Shown piece by piece: positions 28,237 to 37,765 of a stretch of 64,000 nucleotides of DNA. Position numbers and translations under genes: made by a program. The DNA is taken from sequence record DRR378314_402. The stretch is one strand, 5' to 3'. The first letter of the stretch is position 1. The number at the start of each line of letters is the position of its first letter. Below the pieces are notes generated by a model. It was not told the origin of the DNA. It ran no database searches and saw nothing but the letters and a program-made list of their open reading frames with translations.

Positions 28237-28641
28237 ATGACACACTTCAAAATGGATGAAAAACTACCTAACTCTTTGCGATGGTTTATGAGCCAAAACC
28301 TGCATAACTTTGCTCCCTGGACCTTGTTGGACAGGAACTCCCAATACGAATTTATTACCGAAGGTGTTGGGGGAGGAGGAGCTGGCACAGGAAAGGTTTA
28401 TGTTTTTGCTCGCCGTGAAGATAACGGTAATTTTGCGGGGTTGGAAATAGTTGCGAATAAAATTACTGATAGAGTGGTTTGTTTTCATCCATATGCTTTG
28501 GCCGGTGAATCGGAATTAAGCTGGAACGTCGTTAACGCAGTATACGAGGATGTATTCGTATTTGTGGGGAAGCAAGTTATGCCGGACATGCAGGCGATGG
28601 CAAGAGAGAAAGACGCCGCTGATTTATTCTGGAAAGAATAA
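28237..28641 (+). CDS. Hypothetical protein (SMI1/KNR4-like immunity-type motif)
   Basis: PW.LL, VFARREDN..FAG and V.CFH pattern. Confidence 0.5.
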   Translation: MTHFKMDEKLPNSLRWFMSQNLHNFAPWTLLDRNSQYEFITEGVGGGGAGTGKVYVFARREDNGNFAGLEIVANKITDRVVCFHPYALAGESELSWNVVNAVYEDVFVFVGKQVMPDMQAMAREKDAADLFWKE

Positions 28642-28679
28642 AGGCGAGCTAACGCATTAACTACAAGGAGGTTTTATTT

Positions 28680-29102
28680 ATGTCTTCACCGCAGGTTGGA
28701 GTGGGTGTTCTTATCATTCGAAATGGTCGTGTACTTCTGGGTAAAAGGAAAGGCGCTCATGGTGCTGGTACTTGGTCTGCGCCAGGCGGTCATCTCGAAT
28801 TTGGCGAGTCGATTGAAGACTGTGCACGACGTGAAGTTCTGGAAGAAACCGGGCTTGAACTGTCGAGTGTTCGGAACGGGCCTTTCACCAACAATGTGTT
28901 TCAGGCAGATAATAAGCACTATGTAACCATTTTTGCGCTGGCGGAGCCTTTGAACGGAGAAGCTAAAACTCTGGAACCGGATAAGTGTGAAGGTTGGGAC
29001 TGGTTTGACTGGAATACGCTTCCGCAGCCGTTATTCCCGCCGTTAGCGACGCTTATCAGCCAGGGTTATACACCCCCGCTAACAAGCAACTCAAAAGCTT
29101 GA
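28680..29102 (+). CDS. NUDIX hydrolase (NUDT15-like)
   Basis: GGHLEFGESIEDCARREVLEETG Nudix box; EPDKCEGWDWF. Confidence 0.9.
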   Translation: MSSPQVGVGVLIIRNGRVLLGKRKGAHGAGTWSAPGGHLEFGESIEDCARREVLEETGLELSSVRNGPFTNNVFQADNKHYVTIFALAEPLNGEAKTLEPDKCEGWDWFDWNTLPQPLFPPLATLISQGYTPPLTSNSKA

Positions 29103-29112
29103 GCAGCAGAGC

Positions 29113-29144
29113 AAAAAAAGCTACCAATTATTGGTAGCTTTTTT
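29113..29144. terminator. Bidirectional intrinsic terminator
   Basis: AAAAAAAGCTACCAA-TTA-TTGGTAGCTTTTTT between convergent NUDIX and TonB receptor genes. Confidence 0.88.
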
Positions 29145-29173
29145 GTTTTAGCTGGCTTATTCCGTAATCTAAA

Positions 29174-32017
29174 TTAGAACGAGTAACGCACGCCCAATGC
29201 AAATGTGCGTGAGTAAATAGCGTTACTAAAGTTGAACAGATTATCGTTTCCTTCGCCGTAATAGCTCTGGTAAACGTCATCAAGAATATTAGTTGCATCA
29301 AATGTAACTACAAAATCATCGGTAACGTCGTAGCTAAATTGGAAATCTAAACTTTGTTCTGGACGATTCCAAAATTGTAATGGGTTAGCAAATATAGCTG
29401 CTTCATTGCCCGTGTAGAACTCTGAACGCCATACATAGGATAAACGCATGTCGAACGAGTCACGCTCGTAAATACCGACAATGCTGTATGATTCATCTGA
29501 AACACCAGCCATGTTCGAGTCAATATAATTAGAGATATTACCTTCTTCATCATAATCCGGGGTATCTTGTGACGAATCAAGCAAAGTGAAGCTGGCCTGT
29601 ACGCCTAACCCGTCGAGCATAGAGGGTAAGTTTTCAGGGAAATAAACAGCCCCTAATTCAAAGCCAGACAACTCGCCATTAGACGCATTTACAGGTGCAC
29701 TTAAAACATAAGGACGGGTTACACCATCATTACCTTCACGAACAACGGTTTTACGGCCAGGAACTACAAGCCCCTCTATTTCCCGCTTAAAGTAAGCACC
29801 ATAAATTGAACTGGAATCTGCAAAATACCACTCTAATGATAAATCGTAGTTTTTCGATTCGGTCGGTTCAAGATCTGGATTACCGCCGGTACCTTCACCA
29901 TAAGTAGCACCTTCGGTGAGCGGGTCAGTCCAGTACTGCAGTGCGTTTAAGTCAGCAAAGGCAGGCATACGTAGAGTTTCGGTATAAGCAACACGACCAA
30001 CAACATCGTCAGTAATATTCCAGTTTAACATTAAACTAGGCAGTATTTTGCTCGCCTCAGCTTTAGCTGAACTTGACTCAAACACATTAGTATTTGTGCC
30101 CGTTTCAGCTGTAAACGCCATATCTTGTTTATATTTAACGTAACGGACGCCAACTTCACCACTGATATTCTCTGTTAAGAAGAAATTTGTCGTAGCGTAT
30201 AACGCATAAGATTCTTCTTGAATATCAAAGGTTTTATAGACATCTTCGGCTTCGAGCCCATAAATATCGCGTATTACACTGGCATTCTCAAGTAAGTAGC
30301 CGCCATCCGAAGTAATAAAGCTGTCGAATACATCGGCACGCCCATCGAGGTAGTCATCAACTTGGTACACTACGCCCGAACCATCGCCCGATGCACCACC
30401 GGCTTCCAGTTGTTCAATTAAACTGGCTACCGATGTATTTGCAATTCCACTTTCTTGAGTACGAGTAAAGGCTTCAGCTGTACGGTCTTCATAACGCCCA
30501 CCAAACGTCACTTTATTAATGTAGGCATTACCAACTAAATACTCGGCATCAAAGGTAAAGGCTAAAGAGTCACCCCGGTTACCGTCGCCGTTATCATAGA
30601 GAGTGCCCGCGTTCCAGTTCTCAACCGCCGCCATATCGGCTTCGTTTACAGCAGTATTCGGGTCATCCCAAAATGAGATGCCAGGCATGCCATCATTATC
30701 ATTGAAATCAACATCCAGGCCTGGCGCTACACGGTCAAAACGCATAGCAAAAAAGTCACTTTCATACTCACTTTCCTGGTACACAATTTCAGAGTTAATA
30801 GTCAAGTAATCGTTGGGTAGCCACTCGGCACCTAAGGCATATAGGTAACTATCCGTTTTTTCTGCGTTAGAGTCACCACTTTGAAAACCACCCGCACCAA
30901 TCGCTTGCTTTTCTTTGACTACGTTAGTGCCATCAAAAACGACTGGCGCATCAATAGTGCCATTACCGTTTTCAAAAGTGTTTGAAAACCATAAAGCATT
31001 TTGAGAGTTATTTTCATACCCGGTATAAAAACCTTCCGCTGTAATCTCTAGTGTCTCATCAAGTGCCCATTGTAATGAAACAGAAGCTGCCGGACGTTTT
31101 CTTAGACCTGTAAAAGAAGTACCAAATATGGCATCACGGGCTAGTAAATACTCTGTCGGTACACCATTAACATCGAGCGTTGACCCCGGTGCTGTTGGCA
31201 ATCCGCTTTCTCGGCCACCCTGCCAAATCAGATTATCTTGTGAATCTCTATTGGGAATACGTGAGTAAGGCGAATAACCTGTTGCTGGTTGATCGGTAAA
31301 AAATGGAAATGCTGCGCCTGCAGTAATAGTGTCATCGCGGTAATGAGTTTCTGCGTAAGACACATTAAGCAGTGCCCCGAACTCGCCTGCACCATCAATC
31401 TCCCAGCGATCACTGACCAGTGCACTGATATTGGGATCGATTTCATCCGGTTGATCTGAATAAATACCTCGGGCCGCTAAAACAACCTTTCCGTCATCGA
31501 AGTCGAATGGGCGATGAGTTTTTATGTCAATTGAACCTGCAATACCACGTTCAACGTGCGCCGCTGAACGGGTTTTATAAACGGTAACACCCGATAGTAA
31601 ACTGGCAGGAATATCTTGTAGTGAGACGTCTCGACCCGCACCGGTAAAAATATTACGGCCGTTCACTGTCGTGTGCACATCAGTTAAGCCGCGGATTGAC
31701 ACAGTGCTAACTTCGCCCGCACCACGCCCTGTAGTTTGCACACCGGTTACACGCTGCAATGCCTCAACTACGTTGTTATCAGGGAATTTACCGATATCTT
31801 CAGCAATAATTGCATCGACAATTTGCACACTGCCGCGCTTTTCAGCTAATGCCTGATTCAAACTGCCACGTATGCCTGATACCTGAATTACTTCCATAGC
31901 ATCAGTGGATTCTTCTTGTTGCGCCGCATTTTCGTCTTCAGCTTGTTGCTGGGCTAAAGCCATTCCTGGCATTAAAGCCAGCATAATTGACGTTGCTAGT
32001 AATTTTTTCTTAAACAT
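29174..32017 (-). CDS. TonB-dependent receptor (glycan uptake type)
   Basis: Signal peptide; EVIQVSGIRGSL TonB box region; AEDIGKFPD.N..EALQRVTGV plug; GNPDLEP; terminal YSF. Confidence 0.94.
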   Translation of the reverse strand: MFKKKLLATSIMLALMPGMALAQQQAEDENAAQQEESTDAMEVIQVSGIRGSLNQALAEKRGSVQIVDAIIAEDIGKFPDNNVVEALQRVTGVQTTGRGAGEVSTVSIRGLTDVHTTVNGRNIFTGAGRDVSLQDIPASLLSGVTVYKTRSAAHVERGIAGSIDIKTHRPFDFDDGKVVLAARGIYSDQPDEIDPNISALVSDRWEIDGAGEFGALLNVSYAETHYRDDTITAGAAFPFFTDQPATGYSPYSRIPNRDSQDNLIWQGGRESGLPTAPGSTLDVNGVPTEYLLARDAIFGTSFTGLRKRPAASVSLQWALDETLEITAEGFYTGYENNSQNALWFSNTFENGNGTIDAPVVFDGTNVVKEKQAIGAGGFQSGDSNAEKTDSYLYALGAEWLPNDYLTINSEIVYQESEYESDFFAMRFDRVAPGLDVDFNDNDGMPGISFWDDPNTAVNEADMAAVENWNAGTLYDNGDGNRGDSLAFTFDAEYLVGNAYINKVTFGGRYEDRTAEAFTRTQESGIANTSVASLIEQLEAGGASGDGSGVVYQVDDYLDGRADVFDSFITSDGGYLLENASVIRDIYGLEAEDVYKTFDIQEESYALYATTNFFLTENISGEVGVRYVKYKQDMAFTAETGTNTNVFESSSAKAEASKILPSLMLNWNITDDVVGRVAYTETLRMPAFADLNALQYWTDPLTEGATYGEGTGGNPDLEPTESKNYDLSLEWYFADSSSIYGAYFKREIEGLVVPGRKTVVREGNDGVTRPYVLSAPVNASNGELSGFELGAVYFPENLPSMLDGLGVQASFTLLDSSQDTPDYDEEGNISNYIDSNMAGVSDESYSIVGIYERDSFDMRLSYVWRSEFYTGNEAAIFANPLQFWNRPEQSLDFQFSYDVTDDFVVTFDATNILDDVYQSYYGEGNDNLFNFSNAIYSRTFALGVRYSF

Positions 32018-32124
32018 GAAAATTTCCCTTCCTATCTTGCCGCTAACTTTTTTTGTTTTATTGATAGTGGCGTTTATTATTCGAATAAAACCCGAAGGTA
32101 ACCTTACTGCTATAAGTTATTGTT

Positions 32125-33894
32125 CTACTGCACTTGTCTTATAAAAAAATGCTGACATAAGGTGTCATTAGCGGGAGCCTGGTTAATGGACATCCCCTCC
32201 TTAAGTCCGCAGCTTGCTAAATCGAGCGTTAAACCAGAGTGACGTGAAATAACTTCCATAGCGCCGCTGCTATGAAGTTGTAGTTTCCACTGACCAGCAT
32301 CACTCGCACACTCACCTGTGGTGACAGTTGCACCGGCGGCTAGTGAGTTATTTTCAATAGCCAGACACTTTTCGTTTGCTGTATTAACCAGATTTACAAA
32401 GCCGTGTTCGGCGTTGCGAATATGCCAGTGTTGCGAAGCCTCATTCATCCAATTCTGTTGTACTAATGTGTTGTTTTTCAGGCTGGCAACTTTGCCGCTT
32501 TGACGACTCTGCATTACGACCGGCTCATTCGTGCTTAACTGCCACTGGCCCTGCAATGTCTCGTCCGATTCAAGGTTGGTGAAGGACAAGTAGCCATTGT
32601 CGTCGGTGCTGACTTGCCATTTCTGGCAACTTTTATTTTCCCAGGCACTATTATCAGTGCCGCATTTGGCTGCTGTCAGAAACTCACCTTCAGCATTAGC
32701 CAGACGAAACTCACCGTGACCAACTGGGTCAATAACCCACTGGTTCTCGTTGGTGCATTCAGCTGTCGAATCAGCATCAGCCAAACATTGGTTATCTGCA
32801 GCATTACGAATAACAAAAGAGGTGCCTTGTGGAGTCACCTTGAATGGACCGTCTTCGCCTGAAGGTACTTTTATGGGTTCTCCTGCCGATACAGGCTCGC
32901 CAAAGTTCGGGGTTCCATCGTCGTTCCAGGTAAATGGTTGTGCCCGCAATGAGCGAGTCGCGCTGCACCCATCCGTTTCTTTGCTGTTGCCGTGGTATAT
33001 GATCCAGTCTTCGGTACCGTCAGGAGAAGAAAAGAAGCCGTTATGTCCGGGACCATACACACCATTGCCGCGTTCAAAAACGGGTTCTGGGTTTTTCTCC
33101 CAATGGTCTGGATTCAGAGGGTCGCTCCCGGTTAGTTCGATAAGCCCCAACTTATAGTCCGGCGTGTCGCAATAACTGGCGGAGTAAATAACAAAGGTTC
33201 TGCCGTCTTTCTGTAAGGTTTCGGCTCCTTCAGTTACTGGGCGACCAGAGCGCTCCCAGTCGTATTCCGGGCGGGTTAATACCTTGCGCTCGCCGGTTAT
33301 GGTCCACGGGTTTTCCATTTCAGCAATCCAGTTCAACTGAGCTTCGTCTTCCTGGCCGGCGTTTACCCATTCGGACCACAGTAAGTACAGTTTGTCGTCG
33401 TACTGTAGATAGTTTCCGTCAATGTTCCAGCTGTCAGGCATAGGTGAGCCTTTAAGCGTGTAAGGACCCATGGGATCATCACCGGCACTTTCGAGTACCG
33501 TTAAGTGTTGTCCGCCAAGATCTTCCTGACGTCCAGAAGTAAACATCATGTACCAACGGTAACCGTCGGGACCCTCTAACCGATGAAATTCGTACGCCCA
33601 AAAGTTACAGCAACGTTCAGCGCTTGTTTCTGACCAAAGGTAAACCGGCTCTGCGTCGGCCAGACCCGCTAGAGTAGGGGACTTACGCATAACAAGCTGC
33701 GAGGTCCAGGTGGTCGTTGTCAGGTAATAGTTACCATCAAAGTACTCCAGCCAGGGGTCTGCGCCGTTTTCGTAAATTGGGTTTGTAAAAGTGTCAGATG
33801 CACTTTCTTCGGCGTAAGTGCCAAAAGCTGGCAGCAGGAAACCTGCGATGACCAATGCTTTTAACTTCAATGATGAAAACTTACCTAAAGCCAT
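32125..33894 (-). CDS. Exported GH43 arabinofuranosidase-type enzyme with C-terminal ricin-B/CBM13-like domains
   Basis: GADPW, WAYE, IDG, TEG, YSAS, GPGHN; C-terminal Cys-containing QxW repeats. Confidence 0.88.
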   Translation of the reverse strand: MALGKFSSLKLKALVIAGFLLPAFGTYAEESASDTFTNPIYENGADPWLEYFDGNYYLTTTTWTSQLVMRKSPTLAGLADAEPVYLWSETSAERCCNFWAYEFHRLEGPDGYRWYMMFTSGRQEDLGGQHLTVLESAGDDPMGPYTLKGSPMPDSWNIDGNYLQYDDKLYLLWSEWVNAGQEDEAQLNWIAEMENPWTITGERKVLTRPEYDWERSGRPVTEGAETLQKDGRTFVIYSASYCDTPDYKLGLIELTGSDPLNPDHWEKNPEPVFERGNGVYGPGHNGFFSSPDGTEDWIIYHGNSKETDGCSATRSLRAQPFTWNDDGTPNFGEPVSAGEPIKVPSGEDGPFKVTPQGTSFVIRNAADNQCLADADSTAECTNENQWVIDPVGHGEFRLANAEGEFLTAAKCGTDNSAWENKSCQKWQVSTDDNGYLSFTNLESDETLQGQWQLSTNEPVVMQSRQSGKVASLKNNTLVQQNWMNEASQHWHIRNAEHGFVNLVNTANEKCLAIENNSLAAGATVTTGECASDAGQWKLQLHSSGAMEVISRHSGLTLDLASCGLKEGMSINQAPANDTLCQHFFIRQVQ

Positions 33895-33943
33895 ATTCTC
33901 GTCTGCCTTATTCTTATTCGTTTATTAACACTCGGCTAATGAG

Positions 33944-33961
33944 GTTGACGTTCACGTTAAC
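33944..33961. promoter_or_regulatory. 18-bp palindrome, LiuR-like site 1
   Basis: GTTGACGTTCACGTTAAC. Confidence 0.6.
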
Positions 33962-33968
33962 TGTATTT

Positions 33969-33983
33969 GTATTACTATATTAC
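33969..33983. promoter_or_regulatory. Locus-specific operator (FadR/DgoR-type candidate)
   Basis: Reverse complement GTAATATAGTAATAC is 14/15 identical to 51883-51897; lies just downstream of a -10. Confidence 0.65.
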
Positions 33984-33988
33984 GGTTG

Positions 33989-34017
33989 AGTGTATGACCA
34001 GTATTTAACCGTTGCAA
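33989..34017 (-). promoter_or_regulatory. Sigma70 promoter for the GH43-ricin/TonB receptor operon
   Basis: Minus strand TTGCAA-N17-TACACT. Confidence 0.6.
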
Positions 34018-34038
34018 CCCTAATGTTAAAAAAAATCA

Positions 34039-34056
34039 GTTGACGTTTACGTTAAC
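34039..34056. promoter_or_regulatory. 18-bp palindrome, LiuR-like site 2
   Basis: GTTGACGTTTACGTTAAC inside a longer AAAAAATCA...TGATTTTTT inverted repeat. Confidence 0.65.
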
Positions 34057-34144
34057 TGATTTTTTCAGAGCAAAAATAAGGGAAGCTTTTTCAGAGTTGA
34101 TTAACTCCTCAAAACGCTTCCCTGTATAGGATGTCAGGCTGATT

Positions 34145-35179
34145 TTAGTCTTTTTTTATGAGCTCACTTTTGTAGTTTTCAAGTACCGACTTATCGATTT
34201 CTGGCCACCCATCCGACCAGTTAACCGGGGCTATTTTTAGCTTTTGCAATCCATTATCGGCGGCTTCATAAGCATGAAAAACTAAATAATCAGTGTCGCC
34301 AAAATTATAAATACTGTTGTGACCAACGCCGTACCATTCGTCATTACCCTTCAGCACGATAGAGCCACCACCTTTCGCCATATCGACACCGTCTTTATCC
34401 AGGTATGGGCCTGTTACATCTTTTGAACGACCAACGGCCATATGGTAGGTGCTATCTGCTCCCCGGCAGCATTTTCCATAGGAAACGAATAAGTAGTAGT
34501 AATCGTTATGCTTGAAAATAAAGGGCGCTTCAATTTCAGCAGGTCCGGCTTCAGCGTCAGGTGTAAACGCGGGTCGGTCGAGTTTAGCCAGGGTATACCA
34601 CTCTTCGGGCTGGGCAATCTCGGTCAGGTTATCTTTCATTTTTACCAGCTTCATACCAGCCCAGAAAGAACCAAAACTCATCCAGGGCGTACCGTCGTCA
34701 TCAATAATGATGTTCGGATCAATCGCATTCCAGAGGTCACGGTTAGGTACCGACTGAACGACAATGCCTTTGTCTTCCCATTCGTACTCAGAAGAGTCCT
34801 GGTCTAAAGTTTTATTCACTGTCACGCCAATAGCAGAAGTATTTTCGCCAAATTGTGAAACAGAATAATACAGGTAGTACTGATCATTGTGGTGAAAAAC
34901 ATCCGGAGCCCATAAGTGACCACCAAATTCTGGTGCAACTTCTTTAGCCCACTCGGGTTCGTCGGCAAAAACGCGTCCTTCATGTTGCCAGTTTTCCATA
35001 TCGTCTGAGCTATAAAACGTAATACCAGGGCCGGTGGAAAAGAGGTAATAGGTATCCCCTTCTTTAGCCATGACCGGATCGTGAATACTCACTTGTTCTG
35101 CATTGACGAAGGAACTCAGGCTGATAGAAGCTGAGATGGCCAGTGCGCTAAGCCACTTAACTGAACTGTTTTTAGGCAT
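34145..35179 (-). CDS. GH43 endo-1,5-alpha-L-arabinanase, exported
   Basis: Signal peptide; IHDP, LWAPD, WNAIDP, FGSFW, IEAP, GKCC, VGHN match the Arb43A/AbnA-type arabinanase pattern. Confidence 0.9.
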   Translation of the reverse strand: MPKNSSVKWLSALAISASISLSSFVNAEQVSIHDPVMAKEGDTYYLFSTGPGITFYSSDDMENWQHEGRVFADEPEWAKEVAPEFGGHLWAPDVFHHNDQYYLYYSVSQFGENTSAIGVTVNKTLDQDSSEYEWEDKGIVVQSVPNRDLWNAIDPNIIIDDDGTPWMSFGSFWAGMKLVKMKDNLTEIAQPEEWYTLAKLDRPAFTPDAEAGPAEIEAPFIFKHNDYYYLFVSYGKCCRGADSTYHMAVGRSKDVTGPYLDKDGVDMAKGGGSIVLKGNDEWYGVGHNSIYNFGDTDYLVFHAYEAADNGLQKLKIAPVNWSDGWPEIDKSVLENYKSELIKKD

Positions 35180-35227
35180 AGGTGGAACCCCTTATTTATC
35201 TATGTACGCTTTAATTATAAGAAAATT

Positions 35228-35245
35228 ATTTACGTTAACGTAAAC
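35228..35245. promoter_or_regulatory. 18-bp palindrome, LiuR-like site 3
   Basis: A-TTTACGTTAACGTAAA-C; perfect 16-bp palindrome in the divergent promoter region, 24 bp before a TTGACA. Confidence 0.7.
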
Positions 35246-35284
35246 TGAATTACCTACTATCAGGTATCTTGACACCCACTTATA

Positions 35285-35300
35285 AGTAATACAATATGAC
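35285..35300. promoter_or_regulatory. Locus-specific operator (FadR/DgoR-type candidate)
   Basis: AGTAATACAATATGAC is 14/16 identical to 51765-51780 and overlaps the -10 region after TTGACA (35269). Confidence 0.65.
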
Positions 35301-35352
35301 CAATCAAAAAATTCGATAACAAATTTATAATGATGTGCCGGACGGGGGATGT

Positions 35353-36729
35353 GTGAAAACACAAAAATTAACAACGCTGGAGAAGGTTGGTTTTGGCTCT
35401 GGGGATATGGCTGTAAACGTCGTCATATCCTCCATGATGCTCATTATAACTTTCTTCTACACCGATATTTTCGGTCTAAAACCTGAAGATGTCGGGCTAC
35501 TTTTACTTTTAGTCCGGTTTGTAGATGCTTTCACCGACCCGTTGATGGGCGTTATTACGGACAAAGTGGATACTCGCTGGGGACGTTATCGTCCTTATTT
35601 TCTATTCTTTTCCGTTCCCTTTGGCATTTCCGTTTTCCTGACATTTACCACGCCTGATTTAGACTACGCCAGCAAGTTAGTGTGGGCATATTCCACTTAT
35701 ATCTTCATGACTATCATGACGACGGCGGTCACTATCCCTTACATCTCGCTTATTGGGGTGCTGACCAACGACCCTAAAGACCGCTTGTCTGCCAACGGTT
35801 ATCGTCTGTTTTTTGCGAAAATAGCGGCGTTTCTGGTCACTATTATTGTACCTATTTTGGCGGCGCGTTGGGGCGAAGGGCAGGAAGCTCAGGGCTATCA
35901 GTTTGCTATGGGGCTAATGGCTTTAATGGCAACAATACTCTTCCTGTTTTGCTTCTTTACAACAACAGAGCGGGTACGTCATGAAATTAACCCGAAATCG
36001 TTGTGGCAGCAGTTTAAAGTCCTGTTAAAAAATGACCAATGGCAAGTTCTGGTGGGCGCCTGTGTTCTGGGAACTATAGGTTATGTCATTCGTGGTTCTG
36101 TCGCGGCTTACTATGCTAAGTATTATCTCGGGGGAGGAAGTACTCTGTTATCAATGTTCCTGGCGACAGGGGTGATAGCCGCATTACTCGCTATGATAGC
36201 GTCTACCTGGATCACTAAGCGCTATTGCAAAGTAAAGTTGTTTCGCTATAGCCAGGTAGCCGTTGGTGTATTAAGTGTCATGTTGTTCTTTTTCGTTAAC
36301 CCTAACGACGTTGTCATGGCTTTTGTCTTGTATTTTCTTGTGTCTTTCGTGGTTGATTTGCATGCTCCCGTCTTCTGGTCAGCTATATCAGAGTCTGTCG
36401 ATTACGGTCACCATGAAACCGGTGAACGGGTTTCGGGTCTTGCTTTTGGTGGTATTTCTTTTGCGCAAAAAGCGGGAATGGGGCTAGCTGGATTTATTGT
36501 CGGGTCTCTTCTGACCTTTTTCGGTTACGTTCCTGACCAGGAACAGTCAGACTTTGCGCTGTTTGGCATTGCCCTGATGCTTAGTGTTGTTCCGGGCTTA
36601 TTCCATACGTTAACAGGCATGCTGATGTTTAAATATAAAATTACAGACAGTTACTTCAAGACCATCAAAGCCGATGGGTTAGAAGGCGAAGAAGTGGTTA
36701 TTCCAACGTTAAAATCTGAAAAGAAATAA
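35353..36729 (+). CDS. GPH family (glycoside-pentoside-hexuronide) cation symporter
   Basis: EKVGFGSGD; FYTDIFGL; DAFTDPLMG..D...TRWGRYRPY; about 12 TMs; GTG start assumed. Confidence 0.92.
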   Translation: MKTQKLTTLEKVGFGSGDMAVNVVISSMMLIITFFYTDIFGLKPEDVGLLLLLVRFVDAFTDPLMGVITDKVDTRWGRYRPYFLFFSVPFGISVFLTFTTPDLDYASKLVWAYSTYIFMTIMTTAVTIPYISLIGVLTNDPKDRLSANGYRLFFAKIAAFLVTIIVPILAARWGEGQEAQGYQFAMGLMALMATILFLFCFFTTTERVRHEINPKSLWQQFKVLLKNDQWQVLVGACVLGTIGYVIRGSVAAYYAKYYLGGGSTLLSMFLATGVIAALLAMIASTWITKRYCKVKLFRYSQVAVGVLSVMLFFFVNPNDVVMAFVLYFLVSFVVDLHAPVFWSAISESVDYGHHETGERVSGLAFGGISFAQKAGMGLAGFIVGSLLTFFGYVPDQEQSDFALFGIALMLSVVPGLFHTLTGMLMFKYKITDSYFKTIKADGLEGEEVVIPTLKSEKK

Positions 36730-36756
36730 AGTATTAACAATAGCGATAGAGGGCAT

Positions 36757-37704
36757 ATGTCAATTTTAAAACCTTTAATAGAACAACGAGCTGATCCTTT
36801 TATTTATAAGCATAGCGATGGATTCTATTACTTTACTGCGTCGGTGCCCGCCTACGACAGAATAGAGTTAAGAAGAGCGCAGACTATAGAGGGGCTTGCT
36901 GCTGCTGAAACGGTCTCGGTATGGCATAAGCCGGATACCGGCCCTTATTCTGAGCTTATCTGGGCTCCTGAAATTCATTTCAATGAAGGCGCCTGGTATG
37001 TGTATTTTGCCGCGGCTCCCAGTCGCGAAATTAAAGATGATTTGTTCCAGCATCGTATGTACGCCATTCGCTGTAAAGACGAAAATCCGCTAACTGGGGA
37101 GTGGGAATTTCTGGGGCAGATAGACACGGGTATTGATACCTTTTGTCTTGATGCAACTACCTTTACTCACAAGGGCCAGCTTTACTACATGTGGGCTCAA
37201 AAAGAGAAAGACATTCCGGGTAACTCTAACCTTCTGATCGCGACGATGGAGAACCCATGGACGCTGTCGTCAGAGCCTGTTCGCCTGACCATTCCTGAAT
37301 TTGAGTGGGAGTGCCGAGGCTTTATGGTAAATGAAGGACCCGCGGTGCTGCAGCGTAACGGTAAAGTCTTCGTGACTTACTCTGCCAGCGCAACCGACGA
37401 AAACTACGCCATGGGTCTATTGTGGGCGGATGAAAACGCCGATTTAATGGATCCGTCCAGCTGGCATAAGTCGACAAAACCTGTGTTAGTAAGCGAACCC
37501 AAAGATGACGTTTTCGGTCCCGGACATAACAGTTTTACTGTCGCCGAAGACGATGAGTCTGTGCTGCTCGTTTACCATGCCCGTACTTACACTGAAATTG
37601 AAGGTGACCCATTGTGGGATCCAAACCGCCATACTTATGTGAAGCATTTACGCTGGGATGAAGATGGCATGCCCGTTTTTGGCAAAGCGTCCAGAGACGA
37701 GTAA
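36757..37704 (+). CDS. Cytoplasmic GH43 alpha-L-arabinofuranosidase
   Basis: IEQRADP, IWAPEIH, LDAT, VNEGP, YSASATD, GPGHNSF; no signal peptide. Confidence 0.9.
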   Translation: MSILKPLIEQRADPFIYKHSDGFYYFTASVPAYDRIELRRAQTIEGLAAAETVSVWHKPDTGPYSELIWAPEIHFNEGAWYVYFAAAPSREIKDDLFQHRMYAIRCKDENPLTGEWEFLGQIDTGIDTFCLDATTFTHKGQLYYMWAQKEKDIPGNSNLLIATMENPWTLSSEPVRLTIPEFEWECRGFMVNEGPAVLQRNGKVFVTYSASATDENYAMGLLWADENADLMDPSSWHKSTKPVLVSEPKDDVFGPGHNSFTVAEDDESVLLVYHARTYTEIEGDPLWDPNRHTYVKHLRWDEDGMPVFGKASRDE

Positions 37705-37729
37705 CAACGAAAACGAGTAGTGTCCCCTT

Positions 37730-37755
37730 GACCCCGCCCGAGCGGGGTCTTTTTT
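37730..37755 (+). terminator. Intrinsic terminator inside the apparent operon
   Basis: GACCCCGC-CCGA-GCGGGGTC-TTTTTT immediately before the GGAG RBS of the next gene. Confidence 0.75.
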
Positions 37756-37765
37756 GGAGTTGACT

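Noticed and set aside
34030-34065. Long inverted repeat as the terminator of the arabinanase gene
   Set aside because: Its core matches two other promoter-proximal palindromes that lack A/T tails, and a separate hairpin (GGGAAGC...GCTTCCC, about 34080-34122) lies closer to the stop. A dual role cannot be excluded.
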